A stretch of 64,000 nucleotides of DNA from Eubacteriales bacterium (GCA_045595165.1 JAZNZY010000017.1:6689-70688), one strand, 5' to 3'; shown: positions 15,839-26,378, numbered from the stretch's first letter. Translations and numbers: made by a program. Notes: generated by a model from the letters alone, not told the origin.

Positions 15839-17614
15839 ATGAACGTAATACCTTGCCCTAAAATGATTGAAACAGATGAGTCTACCGTTTATATAGGCGG
15901 TTGGAACATCGTAATGAACCCCTTTTGCGACAGCCGTATTTTCAAGGCTTGTCAGACTCTTAAAGCAGAGCTTGAAAAAGAAACCTCCGTTGCTTCCAAG
16001 ATCAATAAAGCCTTTGGCGCAGAAAATATGCAAAAATGCATAACCGTATGTGCAGGAGATCAGGAAAACAGCGAAAAATACACTCTCGTTTGCACCGAGG
16101 AGGCTATCAGAATTTCCGCACCTTCTCTTGCGGGCGCATTCTACGGAATACAGACACTCCGCCAGCTTCTCCGCGCTTCTGACGGACGCATTCCTCTTTG
16201 CAATATAGAAGACGAGCCGGATATGGCTCACAGAGGCTTTTATCACGACGTTTCCCGCGGCAGAGTTCCTACCGTTGAAGGCGTTAAAAAACTTATAGAT
16301 TTCATCGCTTATTACAAGATGAACTCTCTCCAGCTATATATTGAGCACGCATTCGATTTCAACGAATACCGCTGCTTCCTTGAACCTCACGGCTATCTCA
16401 CCGCAGAGGAGATTCTGGAACTCGATGATTACTGCTACGAAAACTTTATTGATTTTATTCCTTCGCTTTCCACCTTTGGCCATCTTTACAGACTGCTGGA
16501 AACCAAGGAATACAAGCATCTCTGCGAGCTTGATGAGTTTACTCCCGATCCAAATCTGTGGCTCAACCGTATGCTCCATCATACCATCGATGCTTCCAAT
16601 CCCGAATCCTTTGAGCTTATAAAGTCTATTATAGACCAGTACATACCTTTGTTCAGAAGCAAATATTTCAACATTTGCTGCGATGAAACCTTCGACCTTT
16701 GCAACGGCAGAAACAAGGGCAAGGATAAGGGCGCTTTATATCTTGAATTTACCACTAAGCTGATAAACCACGTATCCTCTCGCGGAAAGACGGTTATGAT
16801 GTGGGGCGATATTGCGTTGCATCATCCCGAAATTCTCGATTCCTTCCCCAAGGATATGATAATGCTTTGCTGGGATTATGCCAATACTCCTAATATCGGT
16901 AATATCGAGAAATTCGCACAGAGCGGACTTCCTCAGATCGTTTGTCCCGGCACTTCCTGCTGGAACCACTTCTGTGAAGTTATCAACTATGCAAAGCCCA
17001 ATATTATCGGTATGATCGACGGCGGCGTAAAGAACGGCGCACTTGGTCTTCTCAACACCTCCTGGGGCGATTACGGTCACGTTTGCTCCCTTAACTGCAC
17101 GCTGTACGGTATAGTTCTCGGTGCGGCAAAGGCTTGGAACAACGCAACAGATGCATATTCCAAGGATTTTGATTGTGACGTAAGCAATCTCCTTTATGAC
17201 GATCACACCGGAGTTACTCTCTCTATGGTAAAATCCCTCGGCGATTGCGAAATGAAGATGAGCTGGGGTCTGTTCGTTCAGTGGTATCACGGTACGCGCA
17301 ACTACTGGGGTAAAATGCCCGAAGCCGAGGATGCGCCCGAGTTTGTTGAAAACGCTGAGCGTTGCTTTGCCATTGCTGATTCCTTCCGAAAGCTGGGAAG
17401 CGGCGAAATACTGCACGATCTTTCTCTTGCCGCAGAAGCTACCGCATACATCAATCTCGCCTTTGCACGTCTGCTTGACGGCAGAGAACTTGGTGAGTAC
17501 AGAAGCAACTTCCTCCGTTGGAGCGAGGAGTACGAAACCGCTTGGAGAAGAGAAAACAAGACCAGCGAGCTTGCACTCATCGTTGACCTTATGAAGAGAG
17601 CAATGTTTGAATAA
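15839..17614 (+). CDS. Glycoside hydrolase family 20 protein (beta-N-acetylhexosaminidase-like)
   Basis: HRGFYHDVSRGRVPT TIM-barrel entry motif and a CCDE catalytic-pair-like motif. ATG 15839 follows AGGAGG. Confidence 0.75.
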   Translation: MNVIPCPKMIETDESTVYIGGWNIVMNPFCDSRIFKACQTLKAELEKETSVASKINKAFGAENMQKCITVCAGDQENSEKYTLVCTEEAIRISAPSLAGAFYGIQTLRQLLRASDGRIPLCNIEDEPDMAHRGFYHDVSRGRVPTVEGVKKLIDFIAYYKMNSLQLYIEHAFDFNEYRCFLEPHGYLTAEEILELDDYCYENFIDFIPSLSTFGHLYRLLETKEYKHLCELDEFTPDPNLWLNRMLHHTIDASNPESFELIKSIIDQYIPLFRSKYFNICCDETFDLCNGRNKGKDKGALYLEFTTKLINHVSSRGKTVMMWGDIALHHPEILDSFPKDMIMLCWDYANTPNIGNIEKFAQSGLPQIVCPGTSCWNHFCEVINYAKPNIIGMIDGGVKNGALGLLNTSWGDYGHVCSLNCTLYGIVLGAAKAWNNATDAYSKDFDCDVSNLLYDDHTGVTLSMVKSLGDCEMKMSWGLFVQWYHGTRNYWGKMPEAEDAPEFVENAERCFAIADSFRKLGSGEILHDLSLAAEATAYINLAFARLLDGRELGEYRSNFLRWSEEYETAWRRENKTSELALIVDLMKRAMFE

Positions 17615-17633
17615 TTGAATTAAACACAAAAGA

Positions 17634-17667
17634 ACGGACGGCGCAAAAGCCGTCCGTGATTTTTTTG
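17634..17667. terminator. Rho-independent terminator (between convergent genes)
   Basis: ACGGACGGC/GCCGTCCGT stem, then GATTTTTTT. Confidence 0.85.
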
Positions 17668-17681
17668 ATTGATTTTGTGTA

Positions 17682-19118
17682 TTATATCTTGATCTTAGCC
17701 CATTTTTCGCCTTTGAACCTCATCCAGCAGATAAGCAATCTGAAATAATGGTCCACCAGCAACGCGCCGTATGCGCCTATTACGCCGAATCCCAAAGGAT
17801 ATGCGAAAATATAGGTGAATAAAGGACGAACAATAGCTATTGAAAGCAGCGAACTGATAGCTACAAAGAAGGTATCTCCCGCACCGCGCAGACAGCCGGT
17901 GTAGACTACCATTGATATCTGTGCAGGCATTGTAAGGGCAAGGAGTATCATAATGTATTCGGCGGCGTGCATAATAAACTCGCCGTTGGGATCGTCCGCA
18001 GGAACAAACCATGAAACCATATCGGTTCCGAATAGGAAGAATATGGCCATAAACATTGCCGAGCAAATTGCGCCGACCCGCTGTCCCAGACTTCCGTACA
18101 GCAGGGAAAGATCTTTTCTATTCTTTCCCAGGTTCATTCCCACCAAAGCCGATGTGCCTACGCCCAATCCGTCGCCCAGGCAGAAGGAAAGAGTAAGTAT
18201 ACTCATACATATGGTGTTTGTTGAAATGGAAGGCGTGCCCAGCTCATTAACCATTAAAGCTGTGAGAAAGAAACCTATTCTTAAAAAGATCTGCTCGATT
18301 GCCGCATTTCTGCTGACGCTTGCGTGTAGCTTAAGAATGTCCTTTCGTATTACGAAGCACTCTTTTAATTTGATATATAATACCGATTTTTTATCACAAA
18401 ATACTGTCCATATCGACATAAGACAGGAAACCACGTTACCTATAAGAGTAGCAATGGCAGCGCCTTTGATACCGATAGGAGTAATATTCAAAGCACCGTT
18501 CAAAAAGTTTTCACTTATAAGTATGTAGTTAAGCAGACAGTTTACAAGGTTTGCCGTGATATTTGTCACCATAGAGATTCGGGTTCTTCCTGTTCCTCTG
18601 TGGGCGGCGTTTATGGTCATACCGATACTTGTGAACAGCATGCCCGCCATGGTAATTCTGAAATATGCTGCCGAATCCGCAAGAATGTCGGTGTCAGCGC
18701 CCGCCAGACTGACGAGGGGCTCTGCAAACGCAATCGCTATGGAGCACAAAACTACTCCGAGAATTGCCGTCAAGGATACGGATTGTGCAAGACAGTCCCT
18801 TGCGCCCTTCATGTCGTTTTGTCCGGTTCTTCGGCTTACAATGGCGGTAACGCCTATGTTTATTGCAAAGAACACGGCATAAAAAATCATTCTCGGCTGT
18901 CCCGTTACGCCAACGGCGGCAATCGCATCCGTTCCGATTACGGATACCATCTGAGTATCAATAAAAGAAACAAAACTTATAAGGATACTCTCCAGCATGG
19001 ATGGCCATGCAACTTTAAAAAACTGCGCAAGGGCGATTTTTGTATCGGGCAGATCGCCTAAAACTTCCTTTTTGCGCAGTATGTATTTCGGGTTAAAATA
19101 GCCTGTCAAAAAATTCAT
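17682..19118 (-). CDS. MATE family efflux transporter
   Basis: 12-TM pattern with a typical MATE N-terminus (FFKVAWPSMLESIL). Start at the internal ATG (MNFLTGY) with a GGTGA RBS. Confidence 0.85.
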   Translation of the reverse strand: MNFLTGYFNPKYILRKKEVLGDLPDTKIALAQFFKVAWPSMLESILISFVSFIDTQMVSVIGTDAIAAVGVTGQPRMIFYAVFFAINIGVTAIVSRRTGQNDMKGARDCLAQSVSLTAILGVVLCSIAIAFAEPLVSLAGADTDILADSAAYFRITMAGMLFTSIGMTINAAHRGTGRTRISMVTNITANLVNCLLNYILISENFLNGALNITPIGIKGAAIATLIGNVVSCLMSIWTVFCDKKSVLYIKLKECFVIRKDILKLHASVSRNAAIEQIFLRIGFFLTALMVNELGTPSISTNTICMSILTLSFCLGDGLGVGTSALVGMNLGKNRKDLSLLYGSLGQRVGAICSAMFMAIFFLFGTDMVSWFVPADDPNGEFIMHAAEYIMILLALTMPAQISMVVYTGCLRGAGDTFFVAISSLLSIAIVRPLFTYIFAYPLGFGVIGAYGALLVDHYFRLLICWMRFKGEKWAKIKI

Positions 19119-19183
19119 ATAATTCACCGCTTTTCTGTATGGCAAGTATTCTATCACTAATTTGTTATTAAATCAATATTTTA

Positions 19184-19212
19184 TTGACAAATTCCGTATC
19201 TTTTGTTATACT
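19184..19212 (+). promoter_or_regulatory. Sigma-A promoter
   Basis: TTGACA(19184-19189), 17 nt, TATACT(19207-19212). Confidence 0.75.
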
Positions 19213-19273
19213 TACACAAACAAATGTCGATGCTTTGTTGTTAAGTTCGTCAAATAATGCAGGAGGTGTAATT

Positions 19274-20749
19274 ATGCTGAAATACAAAAAAACAATATGT
19301 CTTTTTACTGTTCTCATCTTGCTGTTGACCTGTCTTTTTTCTTGTGATCCGGACGAAACCTCCAAAGAAGATAAAATAGATAAAATAAATACAGAGATGA
19401 TATATAACAGAGCGCTCGTCCGCATTAATAACGCTTCTTCTTATGTTCGCACTGATACATATCGTACAGAGATCTCTCAGGACGGCGTAACCACCGTCAA
19501 CGATCAAAGCTTTATTGATAAATATTCCTTTAACGGTATCGGAAACAATGCGGTTTCGTATACGTTTCCCGATGCCGAATACGGCGAATTCACCCTTTCC
19601 TTTTGCGAAAACATTGCTTATGTAGAAACTGAATCAAACGCTTTTTCCTTTGATTGCACGCTTGAACAATTTTATTTCTTTGTACAGCGTCATATGTATG
19701 TTATGGGGTTCGTAACGAACATAAACGTGTTTTCAATGTTCAGCTATGATGCTGTGTGTGAAAAGAACGAGCAAGGTTATTATTTCATAACTATTTCAAG
19801 AATCATTTTTGATGAAAATACAAAAGAGATACTTTTAGGAAGCGGTTATGAGTTTTATTCGGAAATCAGCAAGTTGAATCTGGAAGCGACGATCATTATC
19901 AATCCCTCGCTGTGTATTGAGGAAATCCTTACAGATATAGCTTTTTCCGCAAACACCGAAACCGGCAGAGCCGATTTTGTGATTCACAATAAAGTTGCTT
20001 TCAGCGAAATAGACAGCAAAACGGTTTACGTTGATATCCCTACCTACAACTGCGAGCATATAGGCGATGCAGATATTCTTACGGGATTGGATGCATACAG
20101 TAATCTTAACCGCATATCCGGATATTCCGCAAGCCTTACGGGTGAATACACAATTTCGGGTGATGAAGTCTTACATAACGACGTTTTGAAGACGGAATTC
20201 AGAATTGAAAACGGTGAAAAACAAAAATTCTCCCAAAAAACTTTTTATGATTGCGATGGCACCGAAGCAACTCACTATCTGTATTTTGAGGATGGTACGT
20301 TATATTCCAAATATAACGATGATCTCAGTTATACCGATTACGGCGATAAGATCGGCAGATACGAATCACTCGGTTTGTGGACTGTACCGTGGTTTGATAT
20401 AAATACGGGAAAATCTTTCTCCCTTACCGAAAACGAAGACGGAACGGCAACACTTTCTTATGAATACGATCACAGACTGGTAAGACAAATTATACTTGAT
20501 TATTTCTATATGTTCAATGGAGAGGAGTACACTCCCTCGGTAGAAATCGTTTCAGTGAAAAAAGCAGTTGCGGCCGTCAACTATGATAGCAATAAGTGTA
20601 TCGTTATCGGGCAAACCTATGAAATTGAAGCAACCGTTGAAATTGACGGAACCACTTTTTCTTACAAAGAAAAACGGCAAATTACCGTTGATACCGTGAA
20701 CTTTACCGTTCCTGAAAAAGACGTATTTTTGGGAACGTCCGATCTTTAA
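19274..20749 (+). CDS. Lipoprotein of unknown function (paralog 1)
   Basis: AGGAGG RBS; signal peptide plus lipobox LFSC; shares blocks with the next gene. Confidence 0.75.
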   Translation: MLKYKKTICLFTVLILLLTCLFSCDPDETSKEDKIDKINTEMIYNRALVRINNASSYVRTDTYRTEISQDGVTTVNDQSFIDKYSFNGIGNNAVSYTFPDAEYGEFTLSFCENIAYVETESNAFSFDCTLEQFYFFVQRHMYVMGFVTNINVFSMFSYDAVCEKNEQGYYFITISRIIFDENTKEILLGSGYEFYSEISKLNLEATIIINPSLCIEEILTDIAFSANTETGRADFVIHNKVAFSEIDSKTVYVDIPTYNCEHIGDADILTGLDAYSNLNRISGYSASLTGEYTISGDEVLHNDVLKTEFRIENGEKQKFSQKTFYDCDGTEATHYLYFEDGTLYSKYNDDLSYTDYGDKIGRYESLGLWTVPWFDINTGKSFSLTENEDGTATLSYEYDHRLVRQIILDYFYMFNGEEYTPSVEIVSVKKAVAAVNYDSNKCIVIGQTYEIEATVEIDGTTFSYKEKRQITVDTVNFTVPEKDVFLGTSDL

Positions 20750-20770
20750 TTATTCGAAAGGAGCAATACC

Positions 20771-22342
20771 ATGAAACACTTTAAATTGTTGGCACTCGTT
20801 CTTTTGGTAGCCGTTTTGGCAACCTCTTGCATTACTAAAATTCCCGAATCAAGCATTCCCTCCGAAGACGTAAGCGGAGCAGTATCGGAGTCTTCGCCCG
20901 AAGAATCCTTGAAAGATACTTCTGTCCCCGAAGAAAGCGACGTGTTGGATCTTTCTTCTCTTTCTGCTAAAGAATTGTACGAATATTCGGAAAAGCTTGC
21001 CGATGAATACGTAAATTATACCTACGATATGGATGCTGATATGCTTTCGGAGGCGCAGGGTGAGCAAGTTTCTTATTCATCAACTTATACCGCTAAGGTA
21101 AAGGACGCGGGCAGCGATGAAGAAAAAATAAGTGTTGCTATCACCGATACCTCCGACGGTACCAATCTTATGATGTATTATTACAAAAACGTGGGATATT
21201 ACAGTGATAGCGCCAGCCGTCTTTCCTTCTCTTGCACGCCCGAGCAATTTGAAGAAGTAACTTCATTTATAAGAGACGGCAGGGAAGACAACGAGGTAAA
21301 TGATGAGTATCTTCTGGAAAACTCTGCTGTTTCCGTTGCGGAAAACGGAGATCTGGTTATCGGTTTGCAGATCGTTATAACTGATACAGAGCTTATAAAA
21401 GAAATATTTGCTTTTGATGACGATGAGGCTGCTACCATTGACAAAATGGATATTGATTGGACCTTCACTATGGATGCTGAGGGCCACCCCAAATCCGATG
21501 TTGCTATCTTCAAATTTGAAATGTTATACGAAATCCCGGGCGCGGACAGTATAGTTGCAACATCTACTATGACTACATCTTGTACTTACAGCGTAACCGA
21601 TAATATAAATATCGTTATACCCGATGTCAAGTATAACGATCTTGGTGATTATAAGGCTCTTTACGTTACGGATTGTATCGATGTTATCGAAAATATCGAT
21701 TATTATTCCGCGGCTACCACCATTGATTACGAATGTAAGGCAAACGGAACTACCGATAAACTTAAGGTTACTCTTGATTTTTATTACGATAACACCGATT
21801 CTCTTAAGTTTGCAATGAAGGAACAATATTTTGTGGATACGCAGAAAATTGCTTATACTTCGTATTTTGAAAACGGTATATATTCCTTTACAGACGGCAA
21901 CGAGCTTTCCGAGCAGGAAATTGACCCTATGTATTTTGATACCGCAGCGCTGGTCGATTCTTGTTTCCCCATAGGTTTTGATTGGACCTACGGAGAGGAA
22001 TTTGCATATGCCGATAATGGCGACGGCACCGCGACACTTACGTTTAATTTCAGAAAGCTACACATTACAGAATTTGCGGATGCATTCGCAGCTACGTTGT
22101 ACGGTCAGGCGTATTCCGGATTTTTCAGTAATGCCTCTTCCTACAACGTTAATACTGCGTCTGCAACGTTAACTGTTGATGCGGAAACCGGATTAGTGCT
22201 CAAATACAGCTTCAGTGTTGATGCGGATTTTGTCATTGACGGTACTACTATAAACTTCAAAGAAACAGCCGTTACTGTGGTCAATACCGATACCTTCACG
22301 TTCCCTGTAAAAGGCTCTTTCCTTGGTTCCTCTTCTATGTAA
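20771..22342 (+). CDS. Lipoprotein of unknown function (paralog 2)
   Basis: Lipobox LATSC. Shares FSFDCTLEQF/LSFSCTPEQF, DGTATLSYEY/DGTATLTFNF and IDGTTFSYKE..TVDTVNFTVP/IDGTTINFKE..VVNTDTFTFP blocks with paralog 1. Confidence 0.75.
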   Translation: MKHFKLLALVLLVAVLATSCITKIPESSIPSEDVSGAVSESSPEESLKDTSVPEESDVLDLSSLSAKELYEYSEKLADEYVNYTYDMDADMLSEAQGEQVSYSSTYTAKVKDAGSDEEKISVAITDTSDGTNLMMYYYKNVGYYSDSASRLSFSCTPEQFEEVTSFIRDGREDNEVNDEYLLENSAVSVAENGDLVIGLQIVITDTELIKEIFAFDDDEAATIDKMDIDWTFTMDAEGHPKSDVAIFKFEMLYEIPGADSIVATSTMTTSCTYSVTDNINIVIPDVKYNDLGDYKALYVTDCIDVIENIDYYSAATTIDYECKANGTTDKLKVTLDFYYDNTDSLKFAMKEQYFVDTQKIAYTSYFENGIYSFTDGNELSEQEIDPMYFDTAALVDSCFPIGFDWTYGEEFAYADNGDGTATLTFNFRKLHITEFADAFAATLYGQAYSGFFSNASSYNVNTASATLTVDAETGLVLKYSFSVDADFVIDGTTINFKETAVTVVNTDTFTFPVKGSFLGSSSM

Positions 22343-22349
22343 GTAATTT

Positions 22350-22380
22350 AAAAACGGCACCTTTCGGTGCCGTTTTTTTG
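22350..22380. terminator. Bidirectional terminator
   Basis: ACGGCACC/GGTGCCGT stem with loop TTTC, flanked by A5 and T7 runs. Confidence 0.85.
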
Positions 22381-22414
22381 TGTCTTAAATGAGCCGTAAA
22401 GTTTTTTGAGATGT

Positions 22415-24199
22415 TTATCCCAGATCGTAAGTATCGGTGAACTCGATCACACAGTCGCTTACGGAATCGGTTTCAAAAACAACGATCTCGTTTTTGCCCT
22501 TTTTAAGGAAAGGAGCAGGGATGTACAAAGTCTTTTGCGGTCCTCTTTCGTTGTAATATCTTCCGATATTCTTTCCATTTACGGTAATAAAGCCGTGAGA
22601 AAATCCGCTTGGCTTAAGGAAGGTATCGCAGGGCTCGTCATCAATAACAAGCTCGCCCTTGAAAAACGCAGGTAAAGAAGTTCCGTTGTTCTCAAGATTA
22701 TTAAGATCTCGCATATCGAGAGGGTATATTTCCCAATCGAACAAATGCTGAAGATCCAGCATAACCTTATTAAGACCCTTTTTGTCGCCAACGTTCATTC
22801 CGTAATTAACTCTGCCCATATTCTCGGTAATAATATCGAGCGTATGCAACCCGTTTGAATGATCGTCAAGACGGATATCATCGGAAACATATCCGTTTTC
22901 AACCGTGCCGAGACGCTTTCTGTCCAAATATACTATCGCTCTGTCCCGCATGGCGGGCATTGTGAGAGGCTGGTTGTAAAACGGACCTTTAATTACCGTA
23001 CGATAAAGCGTGTATCCGTAATCCTGACCTATATCTTCCATATATTTCGGTGATGCGGAGGGAATTTTGCGGGAAATGGTATCAAGATTATTCCAAAGGT
23101 CGCCGCAAGAGTGCATCTCCAACGCGCCGTAAGCTTTTTTAACGGTATTTTTGACCGTTAGGGGAGGCAGAGTGCCGAAGTGTTTTTCATTTACCGTACG
23201 AAGCTTATAGTAGCATTCCGTTAAATCACCGGCTTCGGAAAGGGGCGCGTAATAATCGTAACTCGTAACTGTAGGCTCGTATTTTTCCTGATGGTTAGCG
23301 CCGTTCATAAATCCGAAATTAGTGCCGCCATGGAACATATAAAAGTTTATACTGCCGCCTTGCTTTAACAGCCTGTCGTAGTTATCAGCCACATCATCTG
23401 CGCTTCTGGCGTGTCTTTGATCTCCCCAATGTTCGAACCAGCCGCACCAGAATTCACTGCACATAGGAGGCTGTTCGGAACGAAACTCTTTAAGAGTATC
23501 GAAAGCTCCTTCGGGATTTGAACCGAAGTTGACGGTGGCAAGCACGTTATCTACCGCGCCGCCCTTGAGCATCCAATAAGAAGGTCCGTCGGAAGTGCAA
23601 AGAAGACAGGTTGCGCCGTATTCGATATATTTTTCTTTTACCCAATTCAAGTATTTTTTATCATTACCGTATGATCCGTATTCGTTTTCTATCTGCATCA
23701 TTATAATATTGCCGCCGTTTTCAGCCATTCTCGGGCGGGCAATATCAAATACTTTTTCAAGATAAGGTGTGACCTTTTCGAGATAAAGTTTATCGTAACA
23801 GCGCAAAGACATATTCGGATATTTATGAAGCCAGTAGGGAAGTCCTCCGAATTCCCATTCTGCGCATATGTAAGGTCCCGGGCGGAGATATACGTCCAGC
23901 CCGACTTCCTTGGCGACGTCTATGTATGCGCCGAGATCAAGATTTCCCGTAAAGTCAAAAACGCCTTCTTCAGGTTCGTGAAGGTTCCAACACACATAGG
24001 TTTCAACGGTATTGAAACCGCATTGACGCAGCTTTTCAAGTCTGTCTTTCCAGTATTCTCGCGGTATGCGAAAATAGTGCATTGCGCCTGATAATATACG
24101 GTGCTTAATGCCGTTTTTATAAAAAGATGTGCTGTCAAAAGTTAAAACGCTCATACTTCTCTCTGCCTTTTTGTTAAAATTACGAACAGAGTCTAACAT
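22415..24199 (-). CDS. Glycoside hydrolase family 35 beta-galactosidase
   Basis: HYFRIPREYW, NTVETYVCWNLHEP and the QIENEYG catalytic acid/base motif. Start at ATG 24199 after AAGGTGA. Confidence 0.88.
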   Translation of the reverse strand: MLDSVRNFNKKAERSMSVLTFDSTSFYKNGIKHRILSGAMHYFRIPREYWKDRLEKLRQCGFNTVETYVCWNLHEPEEGVFDFTGNLDLGAYIDVAKEVGLDVYLRPGPYICAEWEFGGLPYWLHKYPNMSLRCYDKLYLEKVTPYLEKVFDIARPRMAENGGNIIMMQIENEYGSYGNDKKYLNWVKEKYIEYGATCLLCTSDGPSYWMLKGGAVDNVLATVNFGSNPEGAFDTLKEFRSEQPPMCSEFWCGWFEHWGDQRHARSADDVADNYDRLLKQGGSINFYMFHGGTNFGFMNGANHQEKYEPTVTSYDYYAPLSEAGDLTECYYKLRTVNEKHFGTLPPLTVKNTVKKAYGALEMHSCGDLWNNLDTISRKIPSASPKYMEDIGQDYGYTLYRTVIKGPFYNQPLTMPAMRDRAIVYLDRKRLGTVENGYVSDDIRLDDHSNGLHTLDIITENMGRVNYGMNVGDKKGLNKVMLDLQHLFDWEIYPLDMRDLNNLENNGTSLPAFFKGELVIDDEPCDTFLKPSGFSHGFITVNGKNIGRYYNERGPQKTLYIPAPFLKKGKNEIVVFETDSVSDCVIEFTDTYDLG

Positions 24200-24280
24200 A
24201 TTTTTCACCTTTTTGTCAAGGTATTGAAAAAAGCAATATTTTGTTGTATAATGAACTATAAATCTTTTAAGGACAGTTAT

Positions 24281-25357
24281 ATGAAAAAAAGTTTTTTTGA
24301 TAATCCTGCGTTTTCGGCTGTCATAAAAAAGCTTAAGCTGATTTGGAGCATACCCATCGTACGGATACTGTCGGCTGTGCTTGTTGCAGTAATTGTTATT
24401 TCAACACTGATAAACGTTTTCAAAAAGGATACCTTTAATGATACAGTGAGCTTGCCTCAGAAATCACTTTCGGAAGAATCCGAAGCGGATATTGTCAGCA
24501 AAGATGTCGAAGAATCCGAAGCGCCGGTTATCGCTCTTCCCACACCTTGGATATACGGCAAGGTTGATAATCTGTCAAGCGTTATAAGCTCGGATTACGG
24601 TATTATTGTAAATGCTACAACACGTCAGGTGCTTGGTGGGAAAAATCATCTTCAGCGCATTTATCCCGCTTCCATGACGAAGATAATGACACTTATCGTC
24701 GCTGTCCAGAGTGGTGTGGATGTTGATTTCGAGTACGTAATGGATTACCGTCTTATAAATAAATACTATTTGGCGGGAGCGAGTATGTCCGGCATTTCCG
24801 CAGGAGATGCCGTTACTTTCAAGGATCTGCTGTACGGTGCGATTTTACTTTCGGCTGCAGATGCAACTGCCGCAATAGCAGATATAGTTGCCGGCGGCGA
24901 AGAAGATTACGTTAAGCTTATGAACGAAACTGCCAAAGAAATCGGTTGTGTTGATTCTCATTTTACCAACACAAGCGGCTTGTATGATGTTTCAAATTAC
25001 TCCACCTTGGGCGATATTGCTCTTATGCTGGATTATGCTATGTCAATTCCTCTTGCGCGTGAGATATTGTCTACGGCAGAGTATACTACGCTTCCCACTC
25101 CGAAGAATTCAGAAGGTTATTATTTTTTCAGTACTATGTTTACAAGAATCGATAATGATTCTGTTCCCAATATGACAGTCCTCGGCGGAAAGACCGGTTA
25201 TCTTGTAGAAACAAGGCATTGCCTTGCAAGTATGGCTATGGGACAAAACGGTGAAAAGTTCATCGTGGTAACCGTCGGCGGCGCAAAATATGACCCCATT
25301 AACGACTGTATCAAACTATATTCAAATTATTACGGAGTAACAAATGAAACAGAATGA
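24281..25357 (+). CDS. D-alanyl-D-alanine carboxypeptidase (serine peptidase S11), membrane anchored
   Basis: SMTK (SxxK) active-site motif, N-terminal TM helix and an acidic linker. ATG 24281 follows AAGGA. Confidence 0.8.
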   Translation: MKKSFFDNPAFSAVIKKLKLIWSIPIVRILSAVLVAVIVISTLINVFKKDTFNDTVSLPQKSLSEESEADIVSKDVEESEAPVIALPTPWIYGKVDNLSSVISSDYGIIVNATTRQVLGGKNHLQRIYPASMTKIMTLIVAVQSGVDVDFEYVMDYRLINKYYLAGASMSGISAGDAVTFKDLLYGAILLSAADATAAIADIVAGGEEDYVKLMNETAKEIGCVDSHFTNTSGLYDVSNYSTLGDIALMLDYAMSIPLAREILSTAEYTTLPTPKNSEGYYFFSTMFTRIDNDSVPNMTVLGGKTGYLVETRHCLASMAMGQNGEKFIVVTVGGAKYDPINDCIKLYSNYYGVTNETE

Positions 25358-26378
25358 TCCTTCATCACAAAGTAGTAATTTTACCGATTTTGTCAAATTT
25401 ATAATGAGTATATTCGTTGTAGCTATCCACGCTCATTTTATGCACGGAAACGCTGTAGCTGATATGCTTATTTCCGATGTTATCGGCCGTATCGCAGTTC
25501 CTTTTTTCTTTACTGCCGCGGCGTTCTTTTTGTTCAGACATTCGACCGATAACAACTTTGGTAAGCGTGTTGCGAAATACACTACCAGAATGACACTTCT
25601 GTACGCCGCTTGCACGTTAATATACATACCTGCAATCATTAACTGGAACAAAGGCAAAATATCTCTCACGAAGTGGATCAAACTTATATTCTTTGAAGGA
25701 AGCTACCGTCAGCTTTGGTTTTTGCCTGCTTTGGTTTTTGCGGTTTTGCTCGTGTACGGTCTTTACCGTGCGGGAATGTCCACAAAACTTATCTTTGCTA
25801 TCTCCGTACCCTTGTATATTATCGGCTGTGCGTTCCATTCATTCTATAAGCCGCTTATTAATTTTGAATTCATTTCCGAATACGCAAAGGATTATTATAC
25901 AGTATTCGGCACGACCCGTAACGGTATCTTCTTCGGATTTATCTATGTTGCCTTGGGTGCCTTGCTGGCAACTCATTCATTAAAGCTTAAACAGCCGGTT
26001 GCTTGGCTGGGATTTGCTCTTTCTTCCCTTGGCGTGGTGGCGGAAGTACTTATAATAGAAGAATTTGCGATCACATCAAAGGGAATGGGAATGTATATAT
26101 CCGTATTCTTTGCGGCTCTTTTCCTGTTCTGGATATCGGTTAATACCAAGATTTTGTCCCGTTTGCCGAGCAAGCCTTTTAAGATACTGCGCAAATTATC
26201 CACATATATTTACTTTTCACATACGTTTTTCCTGTATCTCTTTTCCGAATTAAGCTATAACGAAGAGTTTTTCGCTGCAACGGCTGCTTCCATCGTTTTC
26301 GGATTGGCGATTATCGGTATAACGGAGCTTATAACCCGTGTCAAGGAGAAATCATCTCGGTTAGTACCGCATGAATAA
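25344..26378 (+). CDS. Acyltransferase family 3 (membrane O-acyltransferase) protein
   Basis: About 10 TM helices and an N-terminal FVVAIHAHF-type motif; the start overlaps the previous gene by 14 nt. Confidence 0.75.
   Translation: MKQNDPSSQSSNFTDFVKFIMSIFVVAIHAHFMHGNAVADMLISDVIGRIAVPFFFTAAAFFLFRHSTDNNFGKRVAKYTTRMTLLYAACTLIYIPAIINWNKGKISLTKWIKLIFFEGSYRQLWFLPALVFAVLLVYGLYRAGMSTKLIFAISVPLYIIGCAFHSFYKPLINFEFISEYAKDYYTVFGTTRNGIFFGFIYVALGALLATHSLKLKQPVAWLGFALSSLGVVAEVLIIEEFAITSKGMGMYISVFFAALFLFWISVNTKILSRLPSKPFKILRKLSTYIYFSHTFFLYLFSELSYNEEFFAATAASIVFGLAIIGITELITRVKEKSSRLVPHE

Noticed and set aside
24472-24522. Short direct repeat GAAGAATCCGAAGCG (x2) inside the carboxypeptidase gene
   Set aside because: It encodes a low-complexity acidic linker (SEESEA..EESEA) in frame. 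This is an ordinary coding repeat, not a regulatory or mobile feature.
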